A stretch of DNA of 64,000 nt from positions 64,001-128,000 of the IMG/VR virus record IMGVR_UViG_3300029288_004596. The stretch is one strand, 5' to 3'. Numbering within the stretch: the stretch's first letter is position 1; each line of letters starts with the position of its first letter. The stretch is from a virus. Its lineage: Duplodnaviria > Caudoviricetes. This document shows positions 29,002 to 38,656 of this stretch, piece by piece. The notes under the pieces were generated by a model. The model was not told where the DNA came from, made no database searches, and saw nothing but the letters and a program-made list of their open reading frames with translations. Position numbers and translations under genes: made by a program.

Positions 29002-30600
29002 TTACCTACCAGACAGTAACTCTAACCGGGGTCTCATGGACTCGAACTTCCCATAGATAGCGGAAGGGCTGTCGGTTAGTTTACTAAACTCTATCGCCTC
29101 TTTGAAAACTCCTCTCACAGTTTCAGGTATAGAATCTAGATCCACTGTTGGTTTCCTATTTTCTAACACATCCTGCATTAGGGAGTCGTACTCCTCCATC
29201 ACCAGAGAGTTCTTCGTGTGCTGGTTAGAGGGCTTAACTTTGTTTTGGGTTTGATTGTTGAAGGGGTCTGCTTGGAATCTAGCAAAGGCCAGGGGGATCT
29301 GCACTGTGTTAATATAAAGTTTAGCTCTGTCTTGATCAGTGAGAGTAGGCCTCTTTAGAACGCTCCTGACTTCATCCTCAGTTATTATGTTTCCTGAGTA
29401 CTGAAGCATAGCGTGTTCTTCATCTTTTCTTCTTCTGTCTGAGTTAGACTCATTGAACTTGAAGGCCACTGACTGGTCTGGATTAGCCAGAGGATCGAAT
29501 CCTCCCTCCAGCAGCAGTTCTCTCAGTATATAGAAGGAGATAAAGAATGAGAGCTCTTCTTGGAATAACCTGGTCTGGTCCTCCATCACTGAGGAGAAGG
29601 AGTCGGCGCTTCCGGCGGAAGATGTTGAGGCTTCGCCAGCTATCACAGTGGATAGTCCTAGCCCAGCAAATACTCTTTGCTTCATTATCTTAAGGTATCC
29701 TTCAGCTCTGAGAGCTTTGGACTCCACCCCGATAATGCTTATTTTGTGTCCAGGGGGGGTTATCAGATAACCGTTGACAGGGGATATATCATGCCTTGAG
29801 GCTGCGTCTCTTAAGTCTTGCTGTCTTATTCCTCCCACCCCCAAGGTGTCTGGCAGTTCATGGTGAACTATGGGATTGAGAGATTTGAATATAAGGTGGA
29901 CTACCATCTCTTCACACTGTCTTAAGATTCTTACATCATCTAAGACTGAGATAACTCTTGAGGTCCCCCACTGCCCGCCGGACTGTTTGTTGTGGTGCAG
30001 GTGCACAATCTGATCTGGCTTGTATATTATGGGACTTCCCCCTGATCTTCTATGTTCCCATGCTGTTATGTTTCCTGTCTCATCCAGCACAGGTTTTATC
30101 AGGAGAGGGCTGATAGAGTAGTAGCCACCTATAGGTTTCTGTTTATTTACTCCCTGTATGTTCAGGTTCTTTACAGGTTTAGTGTATCTTTGTTTTATAA
30201 GGAATCCATTGCCCAGTTTAACATAGTCATGGGTGGATCTCTTTATAGTGGTTTGCCAGGGTTCTCCTGTAGCCACTGTCATGAGTTCCAGTCTCATGTT
30301 TATATATTCTAGAGCCTTTGGATCCTTGCATTCTAGAAAGTACCCTTCTTTCCAGATCTTGTTGTGCATCTCATTGACCCCTCTGTGTATATAGGAGTCC
30401 ACCATATATCCATTCTGGATATCCTGGAGTTTATAAGGAGATGCTGTGCCTGTCTGATTAGCCCTGGAAGAACTGCCGACATCAAACTTGAGAGTTGGGT
30501 CTGTCAAGTCTGGGAGTATAGTGGCGGCGTTAAGTTTGCGTCTTCCCTCATCTACTAGGGTGAGACCTGTTTTTATAGGTTTTTCCTGGGTTAGTATCAT
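29002..30600 (-). CDS. portal protein
   Basis: 532 aa. DYVKLGNGFLIK, IVHLHHNK..GQWGTSRV..VLDDVR.LRQ.EE, RVFAGLGLS and ITEDEVR. Confidence 0.85.
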   Translation of the reverse strand: MILTQEKPIKTGLTLVDEGRRKLNAATILPDLTDPTLKFDVGSSSRANQTGTASPYKLQDIQNGYMVDSYIHRGVNEMHNKIWKEGYFLECKDPKALEYINMRLELMTVATGEPWQTTIKRSTHDYVKLGNGFLIKQRYTKPVKNLNIQGVNKQKPIGGYYSISPLLIKPVLDETGNITAWEHRRSGGSPIIYKPDQIVHLHHNKQSGGQWGTSRVISVLDDVRILRQCEEMVVHLIFKSLNPIVHHELPDTLGVGGIRQQDLRDAASRHDISPVNGYLITPPGHKISIIGVESKALRAEGYLKIMKQRVFAGLGLSTVIAGEASTSSAGSADSFSSVMEDQTRLFQEELSFFISFYILRELLLEGGFDPLANPDQSVAFKFNESNSDRRRKDEEHAMLQYSGNIITEDEVRSVLKRPTLTDQDRAKLYINTVQIPLAFARFQADPFNNQTQNKVKPSNQHTKNSLVMEEYDSLMQDVLENRKPTVDLDSIPETVRGVFKEAIEFSKLTDSPSAIYGKFESMRPRLELLSGR

Positions 30601-30992
30601 CTTAAGACTTCTTCTATTCTGTTAGCTAGGGTATATTTGTCTATTGGGTCATCAGGGTATATGACTATCAGGGGTATATCCACTTTCTTGCATATCCTTA
30701 TGGAGTAGGACACATTAGCCACGCATAGTTTCCATATCTTCTCTTTGGCGTATTTTCTTATATAGGTTCTGGGAACAATAAGAACTGCCAAGGGGAGTTC
30801 TGGATACAGGTAATTCAGGAATACGTCATGCTCCGAGCCTGTCCAGTGATGGGTTCCATCAGCTATGTAAGGGAGGTCTTCCATCAATTCTTCCAGTACA
30901 GCCTGTACTTCTATGCGTCTCTGAGCAGACCATCTTCTACTGGATCTGATAGAGCGCAGCGCATCCAGCAAGAGGGTGTAAATCTTTTTCAT
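30597..30992 (-). CDS. hypothetical protein, possibly restriction-endonuclease-like fold
   Basis: Start MKKIY at 30992 after GGAGG. LNYLYPELPLAV...CKKVDIPLIVI resembles a degenerate DUF559-like pattern. Confidence 0.45.
   Translation of the reverse strand: MKKIYTLLLDALRSIRSSRRWSAQRRIEVQAVLEELMEDLPYIADGTHHWTGSEHDVFLNYLYPELPLAVLIVPRTYIRKYAKEKIWKLCVANVSYSIRICKKVDIPLIVIYPDDPIDKYTLANRIEEVLR
30895..30909. repeat. dispersed palindrome AGTACAGCCTGTACT
   Basis: Perfect arms; in a CDS (VQAVL). Confidence 0.8.
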
Positions 30993-31005
30993 GTAGCCTC
31001 CAGTC

Positions 31006-34000
31006 CTAAGGCTTCCAGTATATAGTTTCGTTATCTTCATGCAGGGCATTATCCAGTTCCCATATGGGAAGGACTCCCGCATTGTAGAGTTCCAGTTTCT
31101 GTGTGAGGTCTTTGCCTAGCGGCATTCCCTGTCCAAGGGCTCTTGTCTTCTCAGCTTCAGCTTTAGACTCTGGTATCACTATATCTCTATTCTGAGCTAC
31201 TTTCTGGTTTATCTCCTGAGCCTTGGCATGCTCCTGGGCTGAGGCTATATCATTTAGTTTCTCTTTAACCTCAGGGTCCACTAGACTTCCTGATAATAGC
31301 TGTGACATAGTGAGGACATTGGAAGTGTAATATCTTGAAGAACTCTGATAGGAGAGGTCTACCTCCACCCCAGGGAGCCTGTCTAAAGGAACTTTGGATA
31401 GCGGAAGCTCTACGGCGTTGGAATAGGAAAGCACCCTGTTTATCGCATCCTCATCTATGTAGCCATCAGCCGCCAACCCTTCTAGGGCTATGATGGCTGC
31501 GTCTATTAGTGGGATCCATCTCCTGGCGGAGATAAGGGCTTTAGTTTTCTTGTTCTGATTAAGGAGAAGCTCAGTTCTAGTTTTCTTTTTCTGAGCGAAG
31601 TCTGTTAGGGTGGTTTCGTACTTGTTAAATAGTTCTGAGCTTACATTATCTATTATAGCAATGAATCCATAAAAAGCGTTGCATTGGGTAAGATTATTAA
31701 GTTCTCCCATATATTCATAGACAGGGTCCATTATTCTCTGCACAGATTTGCAGTAGACCTGCAGGATATCTTCTATAGCTAGGTCTATCATTCTGTTGGA
31801 GATGTAGCTTTTAACATAGGCGGCTGCATTCTTCCAGTCCATGGAAGACAGCATATAATAACTTAGTAGAGCAGCCCTTATAGACTTTAATTGTCTTATT
31901 AATTTTTCTATAGAGGATCTGCCTGTGGCTCCGCTGCCCACCAAAAGGTTTCTGACAGCGCACCTTGAGAGTTCTCTCTTGGCTATTCCCACAGCTTCTT
32001 CCACATCTCTTCTTAGTCTACTGGCATTGTCCCTGGACATCTTGGCTAGTTCATAGGAATCTTTCTGAAGCTGATTTTGTCCTCCGGCGGACTCGTAAGG
32101 GTTTATGGACTCTGAACTCTCCTTAAGATTTATGGGGGCTGAAGGATCATATAACTCTATTACAAAGTCTGACTCCAGATAGTTGATAGCTCCTAAGACT
32201 TCATGTTTAGCGTCTTCCAGCACTCCTAGGAGCAGAGCTCCTTCATTGCATTCCGGATTCCCTAGGCTATGGTAGTTTTCAAAGATCTCCTTAGCTATAG
32301 CCGCTCCATAGGAAGTAGATCCTAAAGATTTCATGTAGTCTGATGTAGTTATAGAATTCCCCAATAAGTCTATGTTCTCTGTTGGAACAGGGGCATCGGA
32401 AATGGTAGCGGCTATATTGTCGCTGAGCTCTGTTATCTGCAGGTACTCAGCTATCAGACTGTCCACCATGTCCTTTCTGTCCAGTTCAGCCTGGTTCACT
32501 ATCACTGTGGGTTTTAGTACAGTCTGTACTATTCCGCTAAGAGCTATGGTTTCTTCTTTAAGATACTTAAGTTTCTTCCTTTTGGGGTTGGCAAATGGAG
32601 GATCAGCCACCCACAGGTCTCCTGAAGTGGATACCTCAGCTACACTCACTAGAATGGATTCGCTGTCTGATTGAGGAGGAGTCCCATCATTGGTAACCAC
32701 TACTGAAAATCTGTAATCCCCAGGTCCCTGATATTCTGTAGGAGTCCAGGAGAAAGCTCCTCCAGTGGTTATGCTAGCTCCAGTTGGTTCTCCCAACAAA
32801 GAGAACACAAGGTTCCTGGTTGGGATATTGGGGTCTATAGCGCTGGCTGTGAGAGTTAGGGTCTCCAGTTCATTGACTGTCCTATTTCCTATGGGAGACA
32901 GTATAGGAGGATTATTTACCTCACTGACAGTCACGGTTATAGTTTCAGAGTCTGTGAGTCCACCATCATTTACTGTGATGGTCATGTCATAGCTGCTAGG
33001 AGCTTGAGACTCAGAAGGAGTCCAGGTAAACACTCCAGTGCTTGGGTCTATAGCTGCTCCGCTGGGAGCTCCTATTAACAGGAAGGTCAGAGTGTCCACT
33101 GGCAAATCATAGTCTATAGCTGAAGCTGTGAATGTAAGAAGAGATAGCTCATTTACACTCTTGTCCCCGATGGCGGCTAAGACAGGACTAGACTGAATTT
33201 TGTTTACAGTGACAGTTATAGACTCTGAATCAGTGGCCCCATAGGAGTCTGTAACTACAACGGTAAATGTATAATCTGAACCACCCTGTTCCTCAGTAGG
33301 GGTCCATGTGAATGCTCCAGTTGTTGGGTTTATAACCGCTCCACTTGGATTATTCACTAAAGAGAACGTAAGGGTCTGAGTTGGAACATCCTCATCTGTG
33401 GCTGTAGCTGTGAAGCTTAATAGAGTCCCCTCATCAACAGACTTGTTGCCTATAGTCCCCAATCTAGGTGGTGTATTAATGAACATTGGGGTTACATAAA
33501 TAGTAGTTCCAGAAGATACTGAGGATGTGCCATCAGATACATGCACTGAGAAGTTATAGGTTCCTCCAGAGTACGCTTCTCCTGGAGTCCACTCAAAGAC
33601 CCCATTAGCAGATCCTATAGTAGCTTCAGCAGGCGCTCCTGTGAGAGAAAAAGTCAAAGTCTGAGGTGGCAGGTCTGCATCTGAGGCTGTGGCCGTGAAT
33701 GTGTAGTATTCTCCAACATCTATCTCAGCATAGCTAGGGACATTTCCTATGTAGGGAAGAAGATTAGCTTCAGTAACTCCTACAGTTATTATTTCATAAT
33801 CATAGAGAGACCCGTCGCTGGCATATACGCCAAAACTGTAACCCCCCGGACCCTGCGCTTCAGAAGGAGTCCAAGTGAATACTCCAGTGCTTGGGTCTAT
33901 GCTAGCTCCAGAAGGAGCCCCACTTAAAGTATATGTTATAGTCTGTGGCGGTATATCATAGTCTACTGCTGAAGCTGTGAATGTGAGAGTCTGCCCTTCC

Positions 34001-37000
34001 ACAACCCCCTTGTTTCCTATAGTATTTAATACAGGGGCTGTGTTAACTTCTCCGACAGTTATTGATAAGGGGGTCCAGGCTGAAAGTGGAGGAGTTCCAT
34101 TATCAACTACCATGACTCTAAAGTTATAAGAACTAGGTCCTTGAGTCTCTGATGGAGTCCAGGTAAAGTCTCCAGCTGTGGTTATTCCTGCTCCGCTAGG
34201 AACATTGCCTGATAGATAGAAAGAGAGGGTCTGGGCTGGAATATCTGAGTCAGTAGCGCTTGCAGAAAAAGATAATAAGGTTCCTTCATTTACACTTTTG
34301 GAAGGTATCGAGTTTATGACTGGGGCAGTGTTAACTTCATTGACAGTGACACTTATGTTCTCCATGTCTGAAGCCCCATAAGTGTCAGTGACTATGACAT
34401 TAAAATAATATGTGCTAGGGGCTTGAGATTCTGTAGGAGTCCAGGAGAAAGCTCCTGTGGAAGGATTTATGTATGCTCCAGCTGGATGACCTGATAAACT
34501 AAATGTGAGAGTCTGTGGTGGGAGATCTAGATCTATAGCTGTAGCTGTAAATGTGAGGGTTTCCAGTTCATTAACTGACTTGTTCCCAATGCCTGACAAC
34601 ACTGGGGCTGTGTTATCCTCATCTACAGTTATTATTATTGATTCATCATCTGAACCTCCCCCACCACTATAATAGGCTAGGGCTGAAGCTGAGGAGGTAA
34701 AAGTGTAACCGTTCCAAGTATTAGCTGTGATAGGAATGGTGACAGTGTCAAAGTACTGTCCTACTCTAGAACTTGTTACAGGGGTAGTCAGGACATACCA
34801 CTCTCCATGGGTATCCCCTTTAAATACTAATCTATCCGCTGCGCCACTAAGGACCGTAACTGTTCCTGAGGAAACCATATTAGCGGGAGGAACTTTCCAG
34901 CTTGTAAACTCATCTCCTGTGATAACTGTGTCTAGAGAGGCTCTTATATTTGTAGGAGCTCCTACCCCAAGAGTGGCAAAAGCTATAGCTGAGACAGCCG
35001 CTCCCCCTACAGGTTCTCCCACTCCTGAGGAATCCACAACCTTGAAGTATACTGTGTATGTGCTAGGTCCTTGAGTTTCAGAAGGTACCCATGAGAACTG
35101 TCCTGTTCCTGAAAGAGTAGCCCCAGAAGGAGCTCCTGTCATGGAGAAGGTGTATGGAGACATACCCCCAGAAGCTGAAAGAGTGAAGGATAAGGTGTTT
35201 CCTTCAAGGACATTTTTATTCCCTATAGGATTTAGCGATAATTCATTTGTGGGGTCCAGTAACTCATAGGATTTAGCTGATAAATCTGCAAAGGTATCTG
35301 TAAATGAGCTGTTAGTTACTGTTAGGATTCTTTCAGAAAAGGTTATGTTATTAAGAGTATCATTGGCTGGACCATATAGGACCCTCACAGATCCTACATT
35401 TTTTCCATGTATCTGGAAGGTTACAGAGGATAATGTATCTGTTCCTCCAACCCTTAATCTCTCTACAGCGGTAAAGGTTTTTACGTTAGGCCATAGACTT
35501 GAACCAGCAGAGGATGAAACTGTGAAGGTTGAAGTTGTTGGGGTTGACACTACAACATAGGGTTCTTCTCTTCTCACATCCCCAGTCACAGCGGGACTAG
35601 CAAGATAAGCCTTTACTGCTCCACTAAGTTCTTTATTGAATTGGATTATGTCTCCAACATTAAGATCATGTTTCCTAAGACAATTATATAACCCAGTGTC
35701 TGCGTCAAAGCGACCCCATAGAATATTATCCTGGTTTCCATTGGCGGCTAATACATAGGTTTTTCCATTAAGTTCTCTTACTAAGGTTTTTACATCAGGA
35801 TTTACAGAGGATACTATAACACTGGTAGAGTCTAAACCTATAGCTGCCGAGGTAGCTTTGGATACAGCGCTTGCCGCAGCGCACAATGCGAGTCTCTGGT
35901 AGTCGGAAAGATTACTATATCTGAACCAGTCTATACCTCTGGCTCCTGTAATAAGAGCCATGTAAGCCTGGAATATGTAGTCTTTAGCTCTAAGATTCAT
36001 TGGCGATTCATAAGACTCTAATACTGATATATTAGGTTTATTTAGTAACCAATTAGTTCTTGCTTGGTGCTCGAGATAGCTTCTATTAAAGTGGGGAACG
36101 TAGGCTGAGGATTCGCTAGTAATATTGCCAGTGTAGTAATAGTAATATGGATATGCTGTAAATCCAGCTGCGTCCATATCCATGAAATTTCTATCAGAGG
36201 TTCTCTCCCTGTAACAGTGATCTATAAATACAAAGTGGTCTTTGTCTCTTTCTTTAATGAAGTTGTATCTATCCTTACAGAAAGCAACCTCATCTGTAGA
36301 CTCTGGCTCTTCATACATCATGTAGCCCATGAGGGCTGGATGGTCCTTGAAGGTCTTTATCATGCCAGAGGCTACCTGGTCTGCTGTAGTCCAGTTTACA
36401 CCACAAGACGAGTCTGTGAAAGTAGATTGATTGCTAGGTCCTGGATATATGGATAAGGGAGAAGCCCCATTTAGACAGAATAGATAATCCAGCCCTACAG
36501 TGGCGCAGTTATCTAATCTTTTTTGTATCCCTGACAATCCTTCTCCTGTTGAGGAGCTTGGATATCTTGAGAAGTAGTCATGAACGGCATTAAATCCAGA
36601 GTCTTTTAGTTGCTGCAGCTGAGGAACTATGCTTGATACCGGAAATTGAGCATGGTCTGTAGATATCCACATGGTCAGAGGGAAGTATAGAGCCCCATCC
36701 TTTAGAACCCTACCATGTCTATCTATGGAAAAGTGCTCTCTGGACTGGAGTTTATACTCTAGGGTCCTTAGATATCTCTTCTCAGAACCATCATAGGAAC
36801 TTACTATATCGCCAGTGGAGAGTCTATATATGTATGTGTCTAATAAATATGTGCTGGGGACTATGCCATCTGTGTTGAGTTCTATATCTATATAGTTAAG
36901 TCCATTAACTATAGAAGTGGTCGCTGAAGTTATAATAGCTGAGGATGAGGTATTTCTTAGCGCTATCCCAAAGTTTAGCGTAGAAGGTTGTATAGTATTA

Positions 37001-38595
37001 GATTGTATAAATGCCCTTACAAATATAGATGAAGGCTCATCTGTATAAATTCTATTATTGTATGGCAGACTAGCTAGGAATGCTGGATCCCCAGGTAGCA
37101 ACTGTCCTCCCTGTGGGTCTGTTACTCTAAGTTGAACATCATCTATTAGAGCAGATCCGATAGTTGTGGAGTTAAATCTTATCTTGAAGTAGTGTTTAGG
37201 CGTATAACCTTCAGCGCTCAGTCTCTCATTGCTAAGAGGGACTGACATATATCCCCCTGAAAGTCCTGTAGCTGAGTCTGTGGTATTGTAACTAAAATAA
37301 GAAGACCAGGTTACATGCTGCCAGTCCCCAGAGCCTGCTATAGTTGGGGTATTTATCAACTGAGATGCATGAGACCCGCTATGTTCACCTAACCATGGGA
37401 CTATGTAATAGAAGGACCGGGATCCGCCAATAGCGAAGTTTGGCTTTATCCAGTAGGACATCTCCACCTGAGATCCATAAGGGATATCAGTTATCTGCTG
37501 GTTGAAGTCAAAGGATGTAGACCCAGCCGCTGTTTTTCTTAGTTCTACTAATTGCTTAGATATTCCATTATGATCAAGACCAGTAACTAATAAACTCGAG
37601 GCGGTAGGGGAGTCTCCTGTCAGATACCACGGGAAGGTATTCCACCTTACTGATGATAGATTTCCTGTGTTGGCGACAAAACTCTTTGGAGATACAGTAA
37701 CTTCGGTAGTCTGATAACTGGAAAGTTTAGCGGCATCTGTCACTACTACATTAAAGGAATATGCGCTTGGAGCTTGGGATACTAAAGGCATCCAAGTCAA
37801 TGTGCCACCCGAGGTTATGCTAGCTCCATAAGGAGCTCCACTAAGGGAGAAAGTATAAGGCAGAGTTCCACCTGAAGCTGAAGAGGTAATTGTTAATGTA
37901 GTTTCTTTTATTACTGATGAGGATGCTGCACTTATAATTGTGGGAGGAGCAGTATATAGTCCGCTAGTAGCTTGATAACTGGATAGGATGTCTGTGGAAG
38001 AAAGAGGAGTGTTATAAAGTTTAAAGGAACCCATATAGGAATTGAAATAATTGTCAGCTGTGTTAGAAGACCTACCTATAAATAGATTCTGACTATTAGC
38101 TGGGGAGTGTCCAGTGCATGATGCTGTAGAACCTTGTTTAGTTCCATTGATATACAGGTCTATACCACTTCCATTGAAAGTGCTTACTATGTGATACCAG
38201 GAATTGGGTGTAACTACTGCTGACTTTGACTTGCCAGACCGTAGCGCATCAAAAACACAAAGTCCTACATAAGTATTTCCTGCTCCTAGAGTAGTATAGA
38301 AGTACCAGCCATCATTAGTAGGTCCTGAGCCAGTGCCCTTCATAGCCATCATTCTGGCAGTGGTAGCTAAAGGTATGAATGCCCAAGTCTCTATACTGAA
38401 CTGTGTCCATCCTGATAGAGAAGAAGAGTTTATTGCGCTGACGTTGGAGGTGGTTCCATTAAAGGAGTACACATAACCAGACAAAGGGCCAGCTACTCTA
38501 GTGGTATTAGAGGCTGTCCCTGTGTTTGAGTATCCGCTATAGTCCGTAATGGATGGTCCGGCATCCTGGAAGTTGTAATTTAGTACGTTAGAGAT
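31006..38595 (-). CDS. giant virion-surface protein: LamG + glycoside-hydrolase-like barrel + 9 cadherin/He_PIG-like Ig repeats + helical C-terminal domain
   Basis: The ORF track starts at TTG 38484, but the frame is open to an ATC at 38595 placed 6 nt after AAGGAG, and homology to 21112-21822 extends to that point. Repeats read NTAPVL..IGNKSV.E...GA.I.P.TG.F.WTP.E.Q. Confidence 0.8.
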   Translation of the reverse strand: MSNVLNYNFQDAGPSITDYSGYSNTGTASNTTRVAGPLSGYVYSFNGTTSNVSAINSSSLSGWTQFSIETWAFIPLATTARMMAMKGTGSGPTNDGWYFYTTLGAGNTYVGLCVFDALRSGKSKSAVVTPNSWYHIVSTFNGSGIDLYINGTKQGSTASCTGHSPANSQNLFIGRSSNTADNYFNSYMGSFKLYNTPLSSTDILSSYQATSGLYTAPPTIISAASSSVIKETTLTITSSASGGTLPYTFSLSGAPYGASITSGGTLTWMPLVSQAPSAYSFNVVVTDAAKLSSYQTTEVTVSPKSFVANTGNLSSVRWNTFPWYLTGDSPTASSLLVTGLDHNGISKQLVELRKTAAGSTSFDFNQQITDIPYGSQVEMSYWIKPNFAIGGSRSFYYIVPWLGEHSGSHASQLINTPTIAGSGDWQHVTWSSYFSYNTTDSATGLSGGYMSVPLSNERLSAEGYTPKHYFKIRFNSTTIGSALIDDVQLRVTDPQGGQLLPGDPAFLASLPYNNRIYTDEPSSIFVRAFIQSNTIQPSTLNFGIALRNTSSSAIITSATTSIVNGLNYIDIELNTDGIVPSTYLLDTYIYRLSTGDIVSSYDGSEKRYLRTLEYKLQSREHFSIDRHGRVLKDGALYFPLTMWISTDHAQFPVSSIVPQLQQLKDSGFNAVHDYFSRYPSSSTGEGLSGIQKRLDNCATVGLDYLFCLNGASPLSIYPGPSNQSTFTDSSCGVNWTTADQVASGMIKTFKDHPALMGYMMYEEPESTDEVAFCKDRYNFIKERDKDHFVFIDHCYRERTSDRNFMDMDAAGFTAYPYYYYYTGNITSESSAYVPHFNRSYLEHQARTNWLLNKPNISVLESYESPMNLRAKDYIFQAYMALITGARGIDWFRYSNLSDYQRLALCAAASAVSKATSAAIGLDSTSVIVSSVNPDVKTLVRELNGKTYVLAANGNQDNILWGRFDADTGLYNCLRKHDLNVGDIIQFNKELSGAVKAYLASPAVTGDVRREEPYVVVSTPTTSTFTVSSSAGSSLWPNVKTFTAVERLRVGGTDTLSSVTFQIHGKNVGSVRVLYGPANDTLNNITFSERILTVTNSSFTDTFADLSAKSYELLDPTNELSLNPIGNKNVLEGNTLSFTLSASGGMSPYTFSMTGAPSGATLSGTGQFSWVPSETQGPSTYTVYFKVVDSSGVGEPVGGAAVSAIAFATLGVGAPTNIRASLDTVITGDEFTSWKVPPANMVSSGTVTVLSGAADRLVFKGDTHGEWYVLTTPVTSSRVGQYFDTVTIPITANTWNGYTFTSSASALAYYSGGGGSDDESIIITVDEDNTAPVLSGIGNKSVNELETLTFTATAIDLDLPPQTLTFSLSGHPAGAYINPSTGAFSWTPTESQAPSTYYFNVIVTDTYGASDMENISVTVNEVNTAPVINSIPSKSVNEGTLLSFSASATDSDIPAQTLSFYLSGNVPSGAGITTAGDFTWTPSETQGPSSYNFRVMVVDNGTPPLSAWTPLSITVGEVNTAPVLNTIGNKGVVEGQTLTFTASAVDYDIPPQTITYTLSGAPSGASIDPSTGVFTWTPSEAQGPGGYSFGVYASDGSLYDYEIITVGVTEANLLPYIGNVPSYAEIDVGEYYTFTATASDADLPPQTLTFSLTGAPAEATIGSANGVFEWTPGEAYSGGTYNFSVHVSDGTSSVSSGTTIYVTPMFINTPPRLGTIGNKSVDEGTLLSFTATATDEDVPTQTLTFSLVNNPSGAVINPTTGAFTWTPTEEQGGSDYTFTVVVTDSYGATDSESITVTVNKIQSSPVLAAIGDKSVNELSLLTFTASAIDYDLPVDTLTFLLIGAPSGAAIDPSTGVFTWTPSESQAPSSYDMTITVNDGGLTDSETITVTVSEVNNPPILSPIGNRTVNELETLTLTASAIDPNIPTRNLVFSLLGEPTGASITTGGAFSWTPTEYQGPGDYRFSVVVTNDGTPPQSDSESILVSVAEVSTSGDLWVADPPFANPKRKKLKYLKEETIALSGIVQTVLKPTVIVNQAELDRKDMVDSLIAEYLQITELSDNIAATISDAPVPTENIDLLGNSITTSDYMKSLGSTSYGAAIAKEIFENYHSLGNPECNEGALLLGVLEDAKHEVLGAINYLESDFVIELYDPSAPINLKESSESINPYESAGGQNQLQKDSYELAKMSRDNASRLRRDVEEAVGIAKRELSRCAVRNLLVGSGATGRSSIEKLIRQLKSIRAALLSYYMLSSMDWKNAAAYVKSYISNRMIDLAIEDILQVYCKSVQRIMDPVYEYMGELNNLTQCNAFYGFIAIIDNVSSELFNKYETTLTDFAQKKKTRTELLLNQNKKTKALISARRWIPLIDAAIIALEGLAADGYIDEDAINRVLSYSNAVELPLSKVPLDRLPGVEVDLSYQSSSRYYTSNVLTMSQLLSGSLVDPEVKEKLNDIASAQEHAKAQEINQKVAQNRDIVIPESKAEAEKTRALGQGMPLGKDLTQKLELYNAGVLPIWELDNALHEDNETIYWKP
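32515..32531. repeat. dispersed palindrome TAGTACAGTCTGTACTA
   Basis: Perfect arms; in the giant Ig gene (VQTVL). Confidence 0.8.
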
Positions 38596-38611
38596 TGTAG
38601 TCTCCTTAATA

Positions 38612-38653
38612 GTTGGCTAGCTGGAGGGGAGGACTGGACTCCAGCCAACCAAC
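38612..38653 (-). promoter_or_regulatory. strong stem-loop between the terminase gene and the ATC-start gene
   Basis: GTTGGTTGGCTGGAG ... CTCCAGCTAGCCAAC, about 15 bp including G-U pairs. No T-tail. Confidence 0.5.
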
Positions 38654-38656
38654 AAC

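Noticed and set aside
32640-35240. diversity-generating retroelement TR/VR pair among the Ig repeats
   Set aside because: The repeats differ at all base types, and there is no reverse transcriptase in the window.
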